DNA from: Eledone cirrhosa
Lineage: Eukaryota
DNA length: 64,000 nt
Direction: 5' to 3'
Assembly (NCBI GenBank): GCA_964016885.1
Contig: OZ024740.1
Location: 27,838,001 to 27,902,000, forward strand
Shown here: positions 30,001 to 45,000 of the stretch, in pieces
How the letters are laid out: each line of letters starts with the position of its first letter
How positions within the stretch are numbered: position 1 is the first letter of the stretch
Made by a program: the position numbers and the translations under genes
Notes under the pieces: model-generated
Told to the model about the DNA's origin: nothing
Seen by the model: the letters and a program-made list of their open reading frames with translations, nothing else
Databases searched by the model: none

Positions 30001-33000
30001 ACAGTTGGTAACATATTAGTAAGAGCAATACCTTGTGTCTATTGTAATCAATATTACAGGTGGTAGCATATTAGTAAAAGCAATACCTTGTGTCTATTGT
30101 AATCAATATTATAGTTGGTAACATATTAGTAAGAGCAATACCATGTGTCTATTGTAATCAATATTACAGGTGGTAACATATTAGTAAGAGTAATACCTTG
30201 TGACTATTGTAATCAATATCACAGTTGGTAACATATTAGTAAGAGCAATACCGTGTGTCTATTGTAATCAAAATTACATGTGGTAACATATTAGTAAGAG
30301 CAATACCTTGTGTCTATTGTAATCAATATTACAGGTGGTAGCATATTAGTAAAAGCAATACCTTGTGTCTATTGTAATCAATATCACAGTTGGTAACATA
30401 TTAGTAAGAGCAATACCTTGTGTCTATTGTAATCAATATTACAGGTGGTAGCATATTAGTAAAAGCAATACCTTGTGTCTATTGTAATCAATATTACAGT
30501 TGGTAACATATTAGTAAGAGCAATACCTTGTGTCTATTGTAATCAATATTACAGTTGGTAACATATTAGTAAGAGCAATACTTTGTGTCTATTGTAATCA
30601 ATATTACAGTTGGTAACATATTAGTAAGAGCAATACCTTGTGCCTATTGTAATCAATATTACAGTTGGTAACATATTAGTAAGAGCAATACCTTGTGTCT
30701 ATTGTAATCTATATTACAGTTGGTAACATATTAGTAAGAGCAATACCTTGTGTCTATTGTAATCAATATTACAGTTGGTAACATATTAGTAAGAGCAATA
30801 CCTTGTGTCTATTGTAATCAATATTACAGTTGGTAACATATTAGTAAGAGCAATACCTTGTGTCTATTGTAATCAATATTACAGTTGGTAACATATTAGT
30901 AAGAACAATACCTTATGTCTATTGTAATCAATATTACAGTTGGTAACATATTAGTAAGAACAATACCTTGTGTCTATTGTAATCAATATTACAGTTGGTA
31001 ACATATTAGTAAGAGCAATACCTTGTGTCTATTGTAATCAATATTACAGTTGGTAACATATTAGTAAGAGCAATGCCTTGTGTCTATTGTAATCAATATT
31101 ACAGTTGGTAACATATTAGTAAGAGCAATACCTTGTGTCTATTGTAATCAATATTACAGTTGGTAACATATTAGTACGAGCAATACCTTGTGTCTATTGT
31201 AATCAATATTACAGTTGGTAACATATCATTAAGAGCAATACCTTGTGTCTATTGTAATCAATATTACAGTTGGTAACATATCAGTAAGAGCAATACCTTG
31301 TGTCTATTGTAATCAATATCACAGTTGGTAACATATTAGTAAGAGCAATACCTTGTGTCTATTGTAATCAATATTACAGGTGGTAGCATATTAGTAAAAG
31401 CAATACCTTGTGTCTATTGTAATCAATATTATAGTTGGTAACATATTAGTAAGAGAAATACCTTGTGTCTATTGTAATCAATATCACAGTTGGTAACATA
31501 TTAGTAAGAGCAATACCTTGTATCTATTGTAATCAATATTACAGGTGGTAGCATATTAGTAAAAGCAATACCTTGTGTCTATTGTAATCAACATCACAGT
31601 TGGTAACATATTAGTAAGAGCAATACCTCGTGTCTAATGTAATCAATATCACAGTTAGTAACATATTAGTAAGAGCAATACCTCCTTGTGTCTATGGTAA
31701 TCAATATTACAGTTGGTAACATATTAGTAAGAGCAATACCTTGTGTCTATTGTAATCAATATCACAGTTGGTAACATATTAGTAAGAGCAATACCTTGTG
31801 TCTATTGTAATCAATATTACAGGTGGTAGCATATTAGTAAAAGCAATACCTTGTGTCTATTGTAATCAACATCACAGTTGGTAACATATTAGTAAGAGCA
31901 ATACCTCGTGTCTAATGTAATCAATATCACAGTTAGTAACATATTAGTAAGAGCAATACCTCCTTGTGTCTATGGTTATCAATATTACAGTTGGTAACAT
32001 ATTAGTAAGAGCAATACCTTGTGTCTATTGTAATCAATATTACAGTTGGTAAAATATTAGTAAGAGCAATACCTTGTGTCTATTGTAATCAATATTACAG
32101 TTGGTAACATATTAGTAAGAGCAATACCTTGTGTCTATTGTAATCAATATTACAGTTGGTAACATATTAGTAAGAACAATACCTTATGTCTATTGTAATC
32201 AATATTACAGTTGGTAACATATTAGTAAGAACAATACCTTGTGTCTATTGTAATCAATATTACAGTTGGTAACATATTAGTAAGAGCAATACCTTGTGTC
32301 TATTGTAATCAATATTACAGTTGGTAACATATTAGTAAGAGCAATGCCTTGTGTCTATTGTAATCAATATTACAGTTGGTAACATATTAGTAAGAGCAAT
32401 ACCTTGTGTCTATTGTAATCAATATTACAGTTGGTAACATATTAGTAAGAGCAATACCTTGTGTCTATTGTAATCAATATTACAGTTGGTAACATATCAT
32501 TAAGAGCAATACCTTGTGTCTATTGTAATCAATATTACAGTTGGTAACATATCAGTAAGAGCAATACCTTGTGTCTATTGTAATCAATATCACAGTTGGT
32601 AACATATTAGTAAGAGCAATACCTTGTGTCTATTGTAATCAATATTACAGGTGGTAGCATATTAGTAAAAGCAATACCTTGTGTCTATTGTAATCAATAT
32701 TATAGTTGGTAACATATTAGTAAGAGAAATACCTTGTGTCTATTGTAATCAATATCACAGTTGGTAACATATTAGTAAGAGCAATACCTTGTGTCTATTG
32801 TAATCAATATTACAGGTGGTAGCATATTAGTAAAAGCAATACCTTGTGTCTATTGTAATCAACATCACAGTTGGTAACATATTAGTAAGAGCAATACCTC
32901 GTGTCTAATGTAATCAATATCACAGTTAGTAACATATTAGTAAGAGCAATACCTCCTTGTGTCTATGGTAATCAATATTACAGTTGGTAACATATTAGTA

Positions 33001-36000
33001 AGAGCAATACCTTGTGTCTATTGTAATCAATATCACAGTTGGTAACATATTAGTAAGAGCAATACCTTGTGTCTATTGTAATCAATATTACAGGTGGTAG
33101 CATATTAGTAAAAGCAATACCTTGTGTCTATTGTAATGAACATCACAGTTGGTAACATATTAGTAAGAGCAATACATCGTGTCTAATGTAATCAATATCA
33201 CAGTTAGTAACATATTAGTAAGAGCAATACCTCCTTGTGTCTATGGTAATCAATATTACAGTTGGTAACATATTAGTAAGAGCAATACCTTGTGTCTATT
33301 GTAATCAATATTACAGTTGGTAAAATATTAGTAAGAGCAATACCTTGTGTCTATTGTAATCAATATTACAGTTGGTAACATATTAGTAAGAGCAATGCCT
33401 GTGTCTATTGTAATCAATATTACAGTTGGTAACATATTAGTAAGAGCAATACCTTGTGTCTATTGTAATCAATATTACAGTTGGTAACATATTAGTAAGA
33501 GCAATACCTTGTGTCTATTGTAATCAATATTACAGTTGGTAACATATTAGTAAGAGCAATACCTTGTGTCTATTGTAATCAATATTACAGTTGGTAACAT
33601 ATTAGTAAGAGCAATACCTTGTGTCTATTGTAATCAATATTACAGTTGGTAACATATTAGTAAGAGCAATACCTTGTGTCTATGGTAATCAATATTACAG
33701 TTGGTAACATATTAGTAAGAGCAATACCTTGTGTCTATTGTAATCAATATTACAGTTGGTAACATATTAGTAAGAGCAATACCTTGTGTCTATTGTAATC
33801 AATATTACAGTTGGTAACATATTAGTAAGAGCAATACCTTGTGTCTATTGTAATCAATATTACAGTTGGTAACATATTAGTAAGAGCAATACCTTGTGTC
33901 TATTGTAATCAATATTACAGTTGGTAACATATTAGTAAGAGCAATACCTTGTGTCTATTGTAATCAATATTACAGTTGGTAACTTATTAGTAAGAGCAAT
34001 ACCTTGTGTCTATTGTAATCAATATTACAGTTGGTAACATATAAGTAAGAGCAATACCTTGTGTCTATTGTAATCAATATTACAGTTGGTAACATATTAG
34101 TAAGAGCAATACCTTGTGTCTATTGTAATCAATATTACAGTTGGTAACATATTATTAAGAGCAATACCTTGTGTCTATTGTAATCAATATTACAGTTGGT
34201 AACATATCATTAAGAGCAATACCTTGTGTCTATTGTAATCAATATTACAGTTGGTAACATATCAGTAAGAGCAATACCTTGTGTCTATTGTAATCAATAT
34301 CACAGTTGGTAACATATTAGTAAGAGCAATACCTTGTGTCTATTGTAATCAATATTACAGGTGGTAGCATATTAGTAAAAGCAATACCTTGTGTCTATTG
34401 TAATCAATATTATAGTTGGTAACATATTAGTAAGAGCAATACCTTGTGTCTATTGTAATCAATATCACAGTTGGTAACATATTAGTAAGAGCAATACCTT
34501 GTGTCTATTGTAATCAATATTACAGGTGGTAGCATATTAGTAAAAGCAATACCTTGTGTCTATTGTAATCAACATCACAGTTGGTAACATATTAGTAAGA
34601 GCAATACCTCGTGTCTAATGTAATCAATATCACAGTTAGTAACATATTAGTAAGAGCAATACCTCCTTGTGTCTATGGTAATCAATATTACAGTTGGTAA
34701 CATATTAGTAAGAGCAATACCTTGTGTCTATTGTAATCAATATCACAGTTGGTAACATATTAGTAAGAGCAATACCTTGTGTCTATTGTAATCAATATTA
34801 CAGGTGGTAGCATATTAGTAAAAGCAATACCTTGTGTCTATTGTAATCAACATCACAGTTGGTAACATATTAGTAAGAGCAATACCTCGTGTCTAATGTA
34901 ATCAATATCACAGTTAGTAACATATTAGTAAGAGCAATACCTCCTTGTGTCTATGGTAATCAATATTACAGTTGGTAACATATTAGTAAGAGCAATACCT
35001 TGTGTCTATTGTAATCAATATTACAGTTGGTAAAATATTAGTAAGAGCAATACCTTGTGTCTATTGTAATCAATATTACAGTTGGTAACATATTAGTAAG
35101 AGCAATGCCTGTGTCTATTGTAATCAATATTACAGTTGGTAACATATTAGTAAGAGCAATACCTTGTGTCTATTGTAATCAATATTACAGTTGGTAACAT
35201 ATTAGTAAGAGCAATACCTTGTGTCTATTGTAATCAATATTACAGTTGGTAACATATTAGTAAGAGCAATACCTTGTGTCTATTGTAATCAATATTACAG
35301 TTGGTAACATTTTAGTAAGAGCAATACCTTGTGTCTATTGTAATCAATATTACAGTTGGTAACATATTAGTAAGAGCAATACCTTGTGTCTATTGTAATC
35401 AATATTACAGTTGGTAACATATTAGTAAGAGCAATACCTTGTGTCTATTGTAATCAATATTACAGTTGGTAACATATTAGTAAGAGCAATACCTTGTGTC
35501 TATTGTAATCAATATTACAGTTGGTAACATATTAGTAAGAGCAATACCTTGTGTCTATTGTAATCAATATTACAGTTGGTAACATATTAGTAAGAGCAAT
35601 ACCTTGTGTCTATTGTAATCAATATTACAGTTGGTAACATATTAGTAAGAGCAATACCTTGTGTCTATTGTAATCAATATTACAGTTGGTAACATATTAG
35701 TAAGAGCAATACCTTGTGTCTATTTTAATCAATATTACAGTTGGTAACTTATTAGTAAGAGCAATACCTTGTGTCTATTGTAATCAATATTACAGTTGGT
35801 AACATATAAATAAGAGCAATACCTTGTGTCTATTGTAATCAATATTACAGTTGGTAACATATTAGTAAGAGCAATACCTTGTGTCTATTGTAATCAATAT
35901 TACAGTTGGTAACATATTAGTAAGAGCAATACCTTGTGTCTATTGTAATCAATATTACAGTTGGTATCATATTAGTAAGAGCAATACCTTGTGTCTATTG

Positions 36001-39000
36001 TAATCAATATTACAGTTGGTAACATATTAGTAAGAGCAATACCTTGTGTCTATTGTAATCAATATTACAGTTGGTAACATATTAGTAAGAGCAATACCTT
36101 GCGTCTATTGTAATCAATATTACAGTTGGTAACATATTAGTAAGAGTAATACCTTGTGTCTATTGTAATCAATATTACAGTTGGTAACATATTAGTAGGA
36201 GCAATACCTTTTGTCTATTGTAATCAATATTACAGTTGGTAACTTATTAGTAACAGCAATACCTTGTGTCTATTGTAATCAATATTACAGTTGGTAACAT
36301 ATTAGTAAGAGCAATACCTTGTGTCTATTGTAATCAATATTACAGTTGGTAACATATTAGTAAGAGCAATACCTCGTGTCTATTGTAATCAATATTACAG
36401 GTGGTAACATATTAGTAAGAGCAATACCTTGTGTCTATTGTAATCAATATTACAGGTGGTAACATATTAATAAGAGTAATACCTTGTGTCTATTGTAATC
36501 AATATCACAGTTGGTAACATATTAGTAAGAGCAATACCGTGTGTCTATTGTAATCAATATTACAGTTGGTAACATATTAGTAAGAGCAATACTTTGTGTC
36601 TATTGTAATCAATATTACAGTTGGTAACATATTAGTAAAAGCAATACCTTGTGTCTATTGTAATCAATATTACAGTTGGTAACATATTAGTAAGAGCAAT
36701 ACCTTGTGTCTATTGTAATCAATATTACAGTTGGTAACATATTAGTAAGAACAATACCTTATGTCTATTGTAATCAATATTACAGTTGGTAACATATTAG
36801 TAAGAACAATACCTTGTGTCTATTGTAATCAATATTACAGTTGGTAACATATTAGTAAGAGCAATACCTTGTGTCTATTGTAATCAATATTACAGTTGGT
36901 AACATATTAGTAAGAGCAATGCCTTGTGTCTATTGTAATCAATATTATAGTTGGTAACATATTAGTAAGAGCAATACCTTGTGTCTATTGTAATCAATAT
37001 TACAGTTGGTAACATATTAGTAAGAGCAATACCTTGTGTCTATTGTAATCAATATTACAGTTGGTAACATATCATTAAGAGCAATACCTTGTGTCTATTG
37101 TAATCAATATTACAGTTGGTAACATATCAGTAAGAGCAATACCTTGTGTCTATTGTAATCAATATCACAGTTGGTAACATATTAGTAAGAGCAATACCTC
37201 GTGTCTAATGTAATCAATATCACAGTTAGTAACATATTAGTAAGAGCAATACCTCCTTGTGTCTATGGTAATCAATATTACAGTTGGTAACATATTAGTA
37301 AGAGCAATACCTTGTGTCTATTGTAATCAATATTACAGTTGGTAAAATATTAGTAAGAGCAATACCTTGTGTCTATTGTAATCAATATTACAGTTGGTAA
37401 CATATTAGTAAGAGCAATGCCTTGTGTCTATTGTAATCAATATTACAGTTGGTAACATATTAGTAAGAGCAATACCTTGTGTCTATTGTAATCAATATTA
37501 CAGTTGGTAACATATTAGTAAGAGCAATACCTTGTGTCTATTGTAATCAATATTACAGTTGGTAACATATTAGTAAGAGCAATACCTTGTGTCTATTGTA
37601 ATCAATATTACAGTTGGTAACATATTAGTAAGAGCAATACCTTGTGTCTATTGTAATCAATATTACTGTTGGTAACATATTAGTAAGAGCAATACCTTGT
37701 GTCTATCGTAATCAATATTACAGTTGGTAACATATTAGTAAGAGCAATACCTTGTGTCTATTGTAATCAATATTACAGTTGGTAACTTATTAGTAAGAGC
37801 AATACCTTGTGTCTATTGTAATCAATATTACAGTTGGTAACATATAAGTAAGAGCAATACCTTGTGTCTATTGTAATCAATATTACAGTTGGTAACATAT
37901 TAGTAAGAGCAATACCTTGTGTCTATTGTAATCAATATTACAGTTGGTAACATATTAGTAAGAGCAATACCTTGTGTCTATTGTAATCAATATTACAGTT
38001 GGTATCATATTAGTAAGAGCAATACCTTGTGTCTATTGTAATCAATATTACAGTTGGTAACATATTAGTAAGAGCAATACCTTGCGTCTATTGTAATCAA
38101 TATTACAGTTGGTAACATATTAGTAAGAGCAATACCTTGTGTCTATTGTAATCAATATTACAGTTGGTAACATATTAGTAAGAGCAATACCTCGTGTCTA
38201 TTGTAATCAATATTACAGGTGGTAACATATTAGTAAGAGCAATACCTTGTGTCTATTGTAATCAATATTACAGGTGGTAACATATTAATAAGAGTAATAC
38301 CTTGTGTATATTGTAATCAATATCACAGTTGGTAACATATTAGTAAAAGCAATACCTTGTGTCTATTGTAATCAATATTACCGTTGGTAACATATTAGTA
38401 AGAGCAATACCTTGTGTCTAATGTAATCAATATTACAGTTGGTAACATATTAGTAAGAGCAATACCTTGTGTCTATTGTAATCAATATTACAGTTGGTAA
38501 CATATTAGTAAGAGAAATACTTTGTGTCTATTGTAATCAATATTACAGTTGGTAACATATTAGTAAAAGCAATACCTTGTGTCTATTGTAATCAATATTA
38601 CAGTTGGTAACATATTAGTAAGAGCAATACCGTGTGTCTAATGTAATCAATATTACAGTTGGTAACATATTAGTAAGAGCAATACCTTGTGTCTATTGTA
38701 ATCAATATTACAGTTGGTAACATATTAGTAAGAGCAATACCTTGTGTCTATTGTAATCAATATTACAGTTGGTAACATATTAGTAAGAACAATACCTTAT
38801 GTCTATTGTAATCAATATTACAGTTGGTAACATATTAGTAAGAACAATACCTTGTGTCTATTGTAATCAATATTACAGGTGGTAACATATTAGTAAGAGC
38901 AATACCTTGTGTTTATTGTAATCAATATTACAGTTGGTAACATATTAGTAAGAGCAATGCCTTGTGTCTATTGTAATCAATATTACAGTTGGTAACATAT

Positions 39001-42000
39001 TAGTAAGAGCAATACCTTGTGTCTATTGTAATCAATATTACAGTTGGTAACATATTAGTAAGAGCAATACCTTGTGTCTATTGTAATCAATATTACAGTT
39101 GGTAACATATCATTAAGAGCAATACCTTGTGTCTATTGTAATCAATATTACAGTTGGTAACATATCAGTAAGAGCAATACCTTGTGTCTATTGTAATCAA
39201 TATCACAGTTGGTAACATATTAGTAAGAGCAATACCTTGTGTCTATTGTAATCAATATTACAGGTGGTAGCATATTAGTAAAAGCAATACCTTGTGTCTA
39301 TTGTAATCAATATTATAGTTGGTAACATATTAGTAAGAGCAATACCTTGTGTCTATTGTAATCAATATCACAGTTGGTAACATATTAGTAAGAGCAATAC
39401 CTTGTGTCTATTGTAATCAATATTACAGGTGGTTGCATATTAGTAAAAGCAATACCTTGTGTCTATTGTAATCAACATCAGAGTTGGTAACATATTAGTA
39501 AGAGCAATACCTCGTGTCTAATGTAATCAATATCACAGTTAGTAACATATTAGTAAGAGCAATACCTCCTTGTGTCTATGGTAATCAATATTACATTTGG
39601 TAACATAATAGTAAGAGCAATACCTTGTGTCTATTGTAATCAATATCACAGTTGGTAACATATTAGTAAGAGCAATACCTTGTGTCTATTGTAATCAATA
39701 TTACAGGTGGTAGCATATTAGTAAAAGCAATACCTTGTGTCTATTGTAATCAACATCACAGTTGGTAACATATTAGTAAGAGCAATACCTCGTGTCTAAT
39801 GTAATCAATATCACAGTTAGTAACATATTAGTAAGAGCAATAACTCCTTGTGTCTATGGTAATCAATATTACAGTTGGTAACATATTAGTAAGAGCAATA
39901 CCTTGTGTCTATTGTAATCAATATTACAGTTGGTAAAATATTAGTAAGAGCAATACCTTGTGTCTATTGTAATCAATATTACAGTTGGTAACATATTAGT
40001 AAGAGCAATGCCTTGTGTCTATTGTAATCAATATTACAGTTGGTAACATATTAGTAAGAGCAATACCTTGTGTCTATTGTAATCAATATTACAGTTGGTA
40101 ACATATTAGTAAGAGCAATACCTTGTGTCTATTGTAATCAATATTACAGTTGGTAACTTATTAGTAAGAGCAATACCTTGTGTCTATTGTAATCAATATT
40201 ACAGTTGGTAACATATTAGTAAGAGAAATACTTTGTGTCTATTGTAATCAATATTACAGTTGGTAACATATTAGTAAAAGCAATACCTTGTGTCTATTGT
40301 AATCAATATTACAGTTGGTAACATATTAGTAAGAGCAATACCGTGTGTCTAATGTAATCAATATTACAGTTGGTAACATATTAGTAAGAGCAATACCTTG
40401 TGTCTATTGTAATCAATATTACAGTTGGTAACATATTAGTAAGAGCAATACCTTGTGTCTATTGTAATCAATATTACAGTTGGTAACATATTAGTAAGAA
40501 CAATACCTTATGTCTATTGTAATCAATATTACAGTTGGTAACATATTAGTAAGAACAATACCTTGTGTCTATTGTAATCAATATTACAGGTGGTAACATA
40601 TTAGTAAGAGCAATACCTTGTGTCTATTGTAATCGATATTACAGTTGGTAACATATTAGTAAGAGCAATGCCTTGTGTCTATTGTAATCAATATTACAGT
40701 TGGTAACATATTAGTAAGAGCAATACCTTGTGTCTATTGTAATCAATATTACAGTTGGTAACATATTAGTAAGAGCAATACCTTGTGTCTATTGTAATCA
40801 ATATTACAGTTGGTAACATATCATTAAGAGCAATACCTTGTGTCTATTGTAATCAATATTACAGTTGGTAACATATCAGTAAGAGCAATACCTTGTGTCT
40901 ATTGTAATCAATATCACAGTTGGTAACATATTAGTAAGAGCAATACCTTGTGTCTATTGTAATCAATATTACAGGTGGTAGCATATTAGTAAAAGCAATA
41001 CCTTGTGTCTATTGTAATCAATATTATAGTTGGTAACATATTAGTAAGAGCAATACCTTGTGTCTATTGTAATCAATATCACAGTTGGTAACATATTAGT
41101 AAGAGCAATACCTTGTGTCTATTGTAATCAATATTACAGGTGGTTGCATATTAGTAAAAGCAATACCTTGTGTCTATTGTAATCAACATCAGAGTTGGTA
41201 ACATATTAGTAAGAGCAATACCTCGTGTCTAATGTAATCAATATCACAGTTAGTAACATATTAGTAAGAGCAATACCTCCTTGTGTCTATGGTAATCAAT
41301 ATTACATTTGGTAACATAATAGTAAGAGCAATACCTTGTGTCTATTGTAATCAATATCACAGTTGGTAACATATTAGTAAGAGCAATACCTTGTGTCTAT
41401 TGTAATCAATATTACAGGTGGTAGCATATTAGTAAAAGCAATACCTTGTGTCTATTGTAATCAACATCACAGTTGGTAACATATTAGTAAGAGCAATACC
41501 TCGTGTCTAATGTAATCAATATCACAGTTAGTAACATATTAGTAAGAGCAATACCTCCTTGTGTCTATGGTAATCAATATTACAGTTGGTAACATATTAG
41601 TAAGAGCAATACCTTGTGTCTATTGTAATCAATATTACAGTTGGTAAAATATTAGTAAGAGCAATACCTTGTGTCTATTGTAATCAATATTACAGTTGGT
41701 AACATATTAGTAAGAGCAATGCCTTGTGTCTATTGTAATCAATATTACAGTTGGTAACATATTAGTAAGAGCAATACCTTGTGTCTATTGTAATCAATAT
41801 TACAGTTGGTAACATATTAGTAAGAGCAATACCTTGTGTCTATTGTAATCAATATTACAGTTGGTAACTTATTAGTAAGAGCAATACCTTGTGTCTATTG
41901 TAATCAATATTACAGTTGGTAACATATTAGTAAGAGCAATACCTTGTGTCTATTGTAATCAATATTACAGTTGGTAACATATTAGTAAGAGCAATACCTT

Positions 42001-45000
42001 GTGTCTATTGTAATCAATATTACAGTTGGTAACATATTAGTAAGAGCAATACCTTGTATCTATTGTAATCAATATTACAGTTGGTAACATATTAGTAAGA
42101 GCAATACCTTGTGTCTATTGTAATCAATATTACAGTTGGTAACATATTAGTAACAGCAATACCTCGTGTCTATTGTAATCAATATTACAGGTGGTAACAT
42201 ATTAGTAAGAGCAATACCTTGTGTCTATTGTAATCAATATTACAGGTGGTAACATATTAATAAGAGTAATACCTTGTGTCTATTGTAATCAATATCACAG
42301 TTGGTAACATATTAGTAAGAGCAATACCGTGTGTCTATTGTAATCAATATTACATGTGGTAACATATTAGTAAGAGCAATACCTTGTGTCTATTGTAATC
42401 AATATTACAGGTGGTAGCATATTAGTAAAAGCAATACCTTGTGTCTATTGTAATCAATATCACAGTTGGTAACATATTAGTAAGAGCAATACCTTGTGTC
42501 TATTGTAATCAATATTACAGGTGGTAGCATATTAGTAAAAGCAATACCTTGTGTCTATTGTAATCAATATTACAGTTGGTAACATATTAGTAAGAGCAAT
42601 ACCTTGTGTCTATTGTAATCAATATTACAGTTGGTAACATATTAGTAAGAGCAATACTTTGTGTCTATTGTAATCAATATTACAGTTGGTAACATATTAG
42701 TAAAAGCAATACCTTGTGTCTATTGTAATCAATATTACAGTTGGTAACATATTAGTAAGAGCAATACCTTGTGTCTAATGTAATCAATATTACAGTTGGT
42801 AACATATTAGTAAGAGCAATACCTTGTGTCTATTGTAATCAATATTACAGTTGGTAACATATTAGTAAGAGCAATACCTTGTGCCTATTGTAATCAATAT
42901 TACAGTTGGTAACATATTAGTAAGAGCAATACCTTGTGTCTATTGTAATCAATATTACAGTTGGTAATATATTAGTAAGAGCAATACCTTGTGTCTATTG
43001 TAATCAATATTACAGTTGGTAACATATTAGTAAGAGCAATACCTTGTGTCTATTGTAATCAATATTACAGTTGGTAACATATTAGTAAGAGCAATACCTT
43101 GTGTCTATTGTAATCAATATTACAGTTGGTAACATATTAGTAAGAACAATACCTTGTGTCTATTGTAATCAATATTACAGTTGGTAACATATTAGTAAGA
43201 ACAATACCTTGTGTCTATTGTAATCAGTATTACAGTTGGTAACATATTAGTAAGAGCAATACCTTGTGTCTATTGTAATCAATATTACAGGTGGTAGCAT
43301 ATTAGTAAAAGCAATACCATGTGTCTATTGTAATCAACATCACAGTTGGTAACATATTAGTAAGAGCAATACCTTGTGTCTATTGTAATCAATATTACAG
43401 TTGGTAACATATTAGTAAAAGCAATACCTTGTGTCTATTGTAATCAATATCACAGTTGGTAACATATTAGTAAGAGCAATACCTTGTGTCTATTGTAATC
43501 AATATTACAGTTGGTAACATATTAGTAAGAGCAATACCTTGTGTCTATTGTAATCAATATTACAGTTGGTAACATATCAGTAAGAGCAATACCTTGTGTC
43601 TATTGTAATCAATATTACAGTTGGTAACATATTAGTAAGAGCAATACCTCGTGTCTGTTGTAATCAATATTACAGTTGGTAACATATAACTAAGAGCAAT
43701 ACCTTGTGTCTATTGTAATCAATATCACAGTTGGTAAGAACAATACCTTGTGTCTATTGTAATCAATATTACAGGTGGTAGCATATTAGTAAAAGCAATA
43801 TCATGTGTCTATGGTAATCAATATTAAGGTTGGTAACATATTAGTAAGAGCAATACCTTGTGTCTATTGTAATCAATATTACAGTTGGTAACATATCAGT
43901 AAGAGCAATACCTTGTGTCTATTGTAATCAATATTACAGTTGGTAACATATTAGTAAGAGCAATACCTTGTGTCTATTGTAATCAATATTACAGTTGGTA
44001 ACATATTAGTAAGAGCAATACCTTGTGTCTATTATAATCAATATCACAGTTGGTAACATATTAGTAAGAGCAATACCGTGTGTCTATTGTAATCAATATT
44101 ACATGTGGTAACATATTAGTAAGAGCAATACCTCGTGTCTAATGTAATCAATATCACAGTTGGTAACATATTAGTAAGAGCAATACCTCCTTGTGTCTAT
44201 GGTAATCAATATTAAGGTTGGTAACATATTAGTAAGAGCAATACCTTGTGTCTATTGTAATCAATATTACAGTTGGTAACACATTAGTAAGAGCAATACC
44301 TCGTGTCTATTTTAATCAATATTACAGTTGGTAAAATATTAGTAAGATCAATACCTTGTGTCTGTTGTAATCAATATTACAGTTGGTAACATATTAGTAA
44401 GAGCAATACCTTGTGTCTATTGTAATCAATATTACAGTTGGTAACATATTAGTAAGAGCAATGCTTTGTGTCTATTGTAATCAATATTACAGTTGGTAAC
44501 ATATTAGTAAGAGCAATACCTTGTGTCTATTGTAATCAATATTACAGTTGGTAACATATTAGTAAGAGCAATACCTTGTGTCTATTGTAATCAATATTAC
44601 AGTTGGTAACATATCAGTAAGAGCAATACCTTGTGTCTATTGTAATCAATATTACAGTTGGTAACATATCAGTAAGAGCAATACCTTGTGTCTTTTGTAA
44701 TCAATATCACAGTTGGTAACATATTAGTAAGAGCAATACGTTGTGTCTATTGTAATCAATATTACAGGTGGTAGCATATTAGTAAAAGCAATACCTTGTG
44801 TCTATTGTAATCAATATTATAGTTGGTAACATATTAGTAAGAGCAATACCTCGTGTCTATTGTAATCAATATCACAGTTGGTAACATATTAGTAAGAACA
44901 ATACCTTGTGTCTATTGTAATCAATATTACAGGTGGTAGCATATTAGTAAAAGCAATACCATGTGTCTATTGTAATCAACATCACAGTTGGTAACATATT

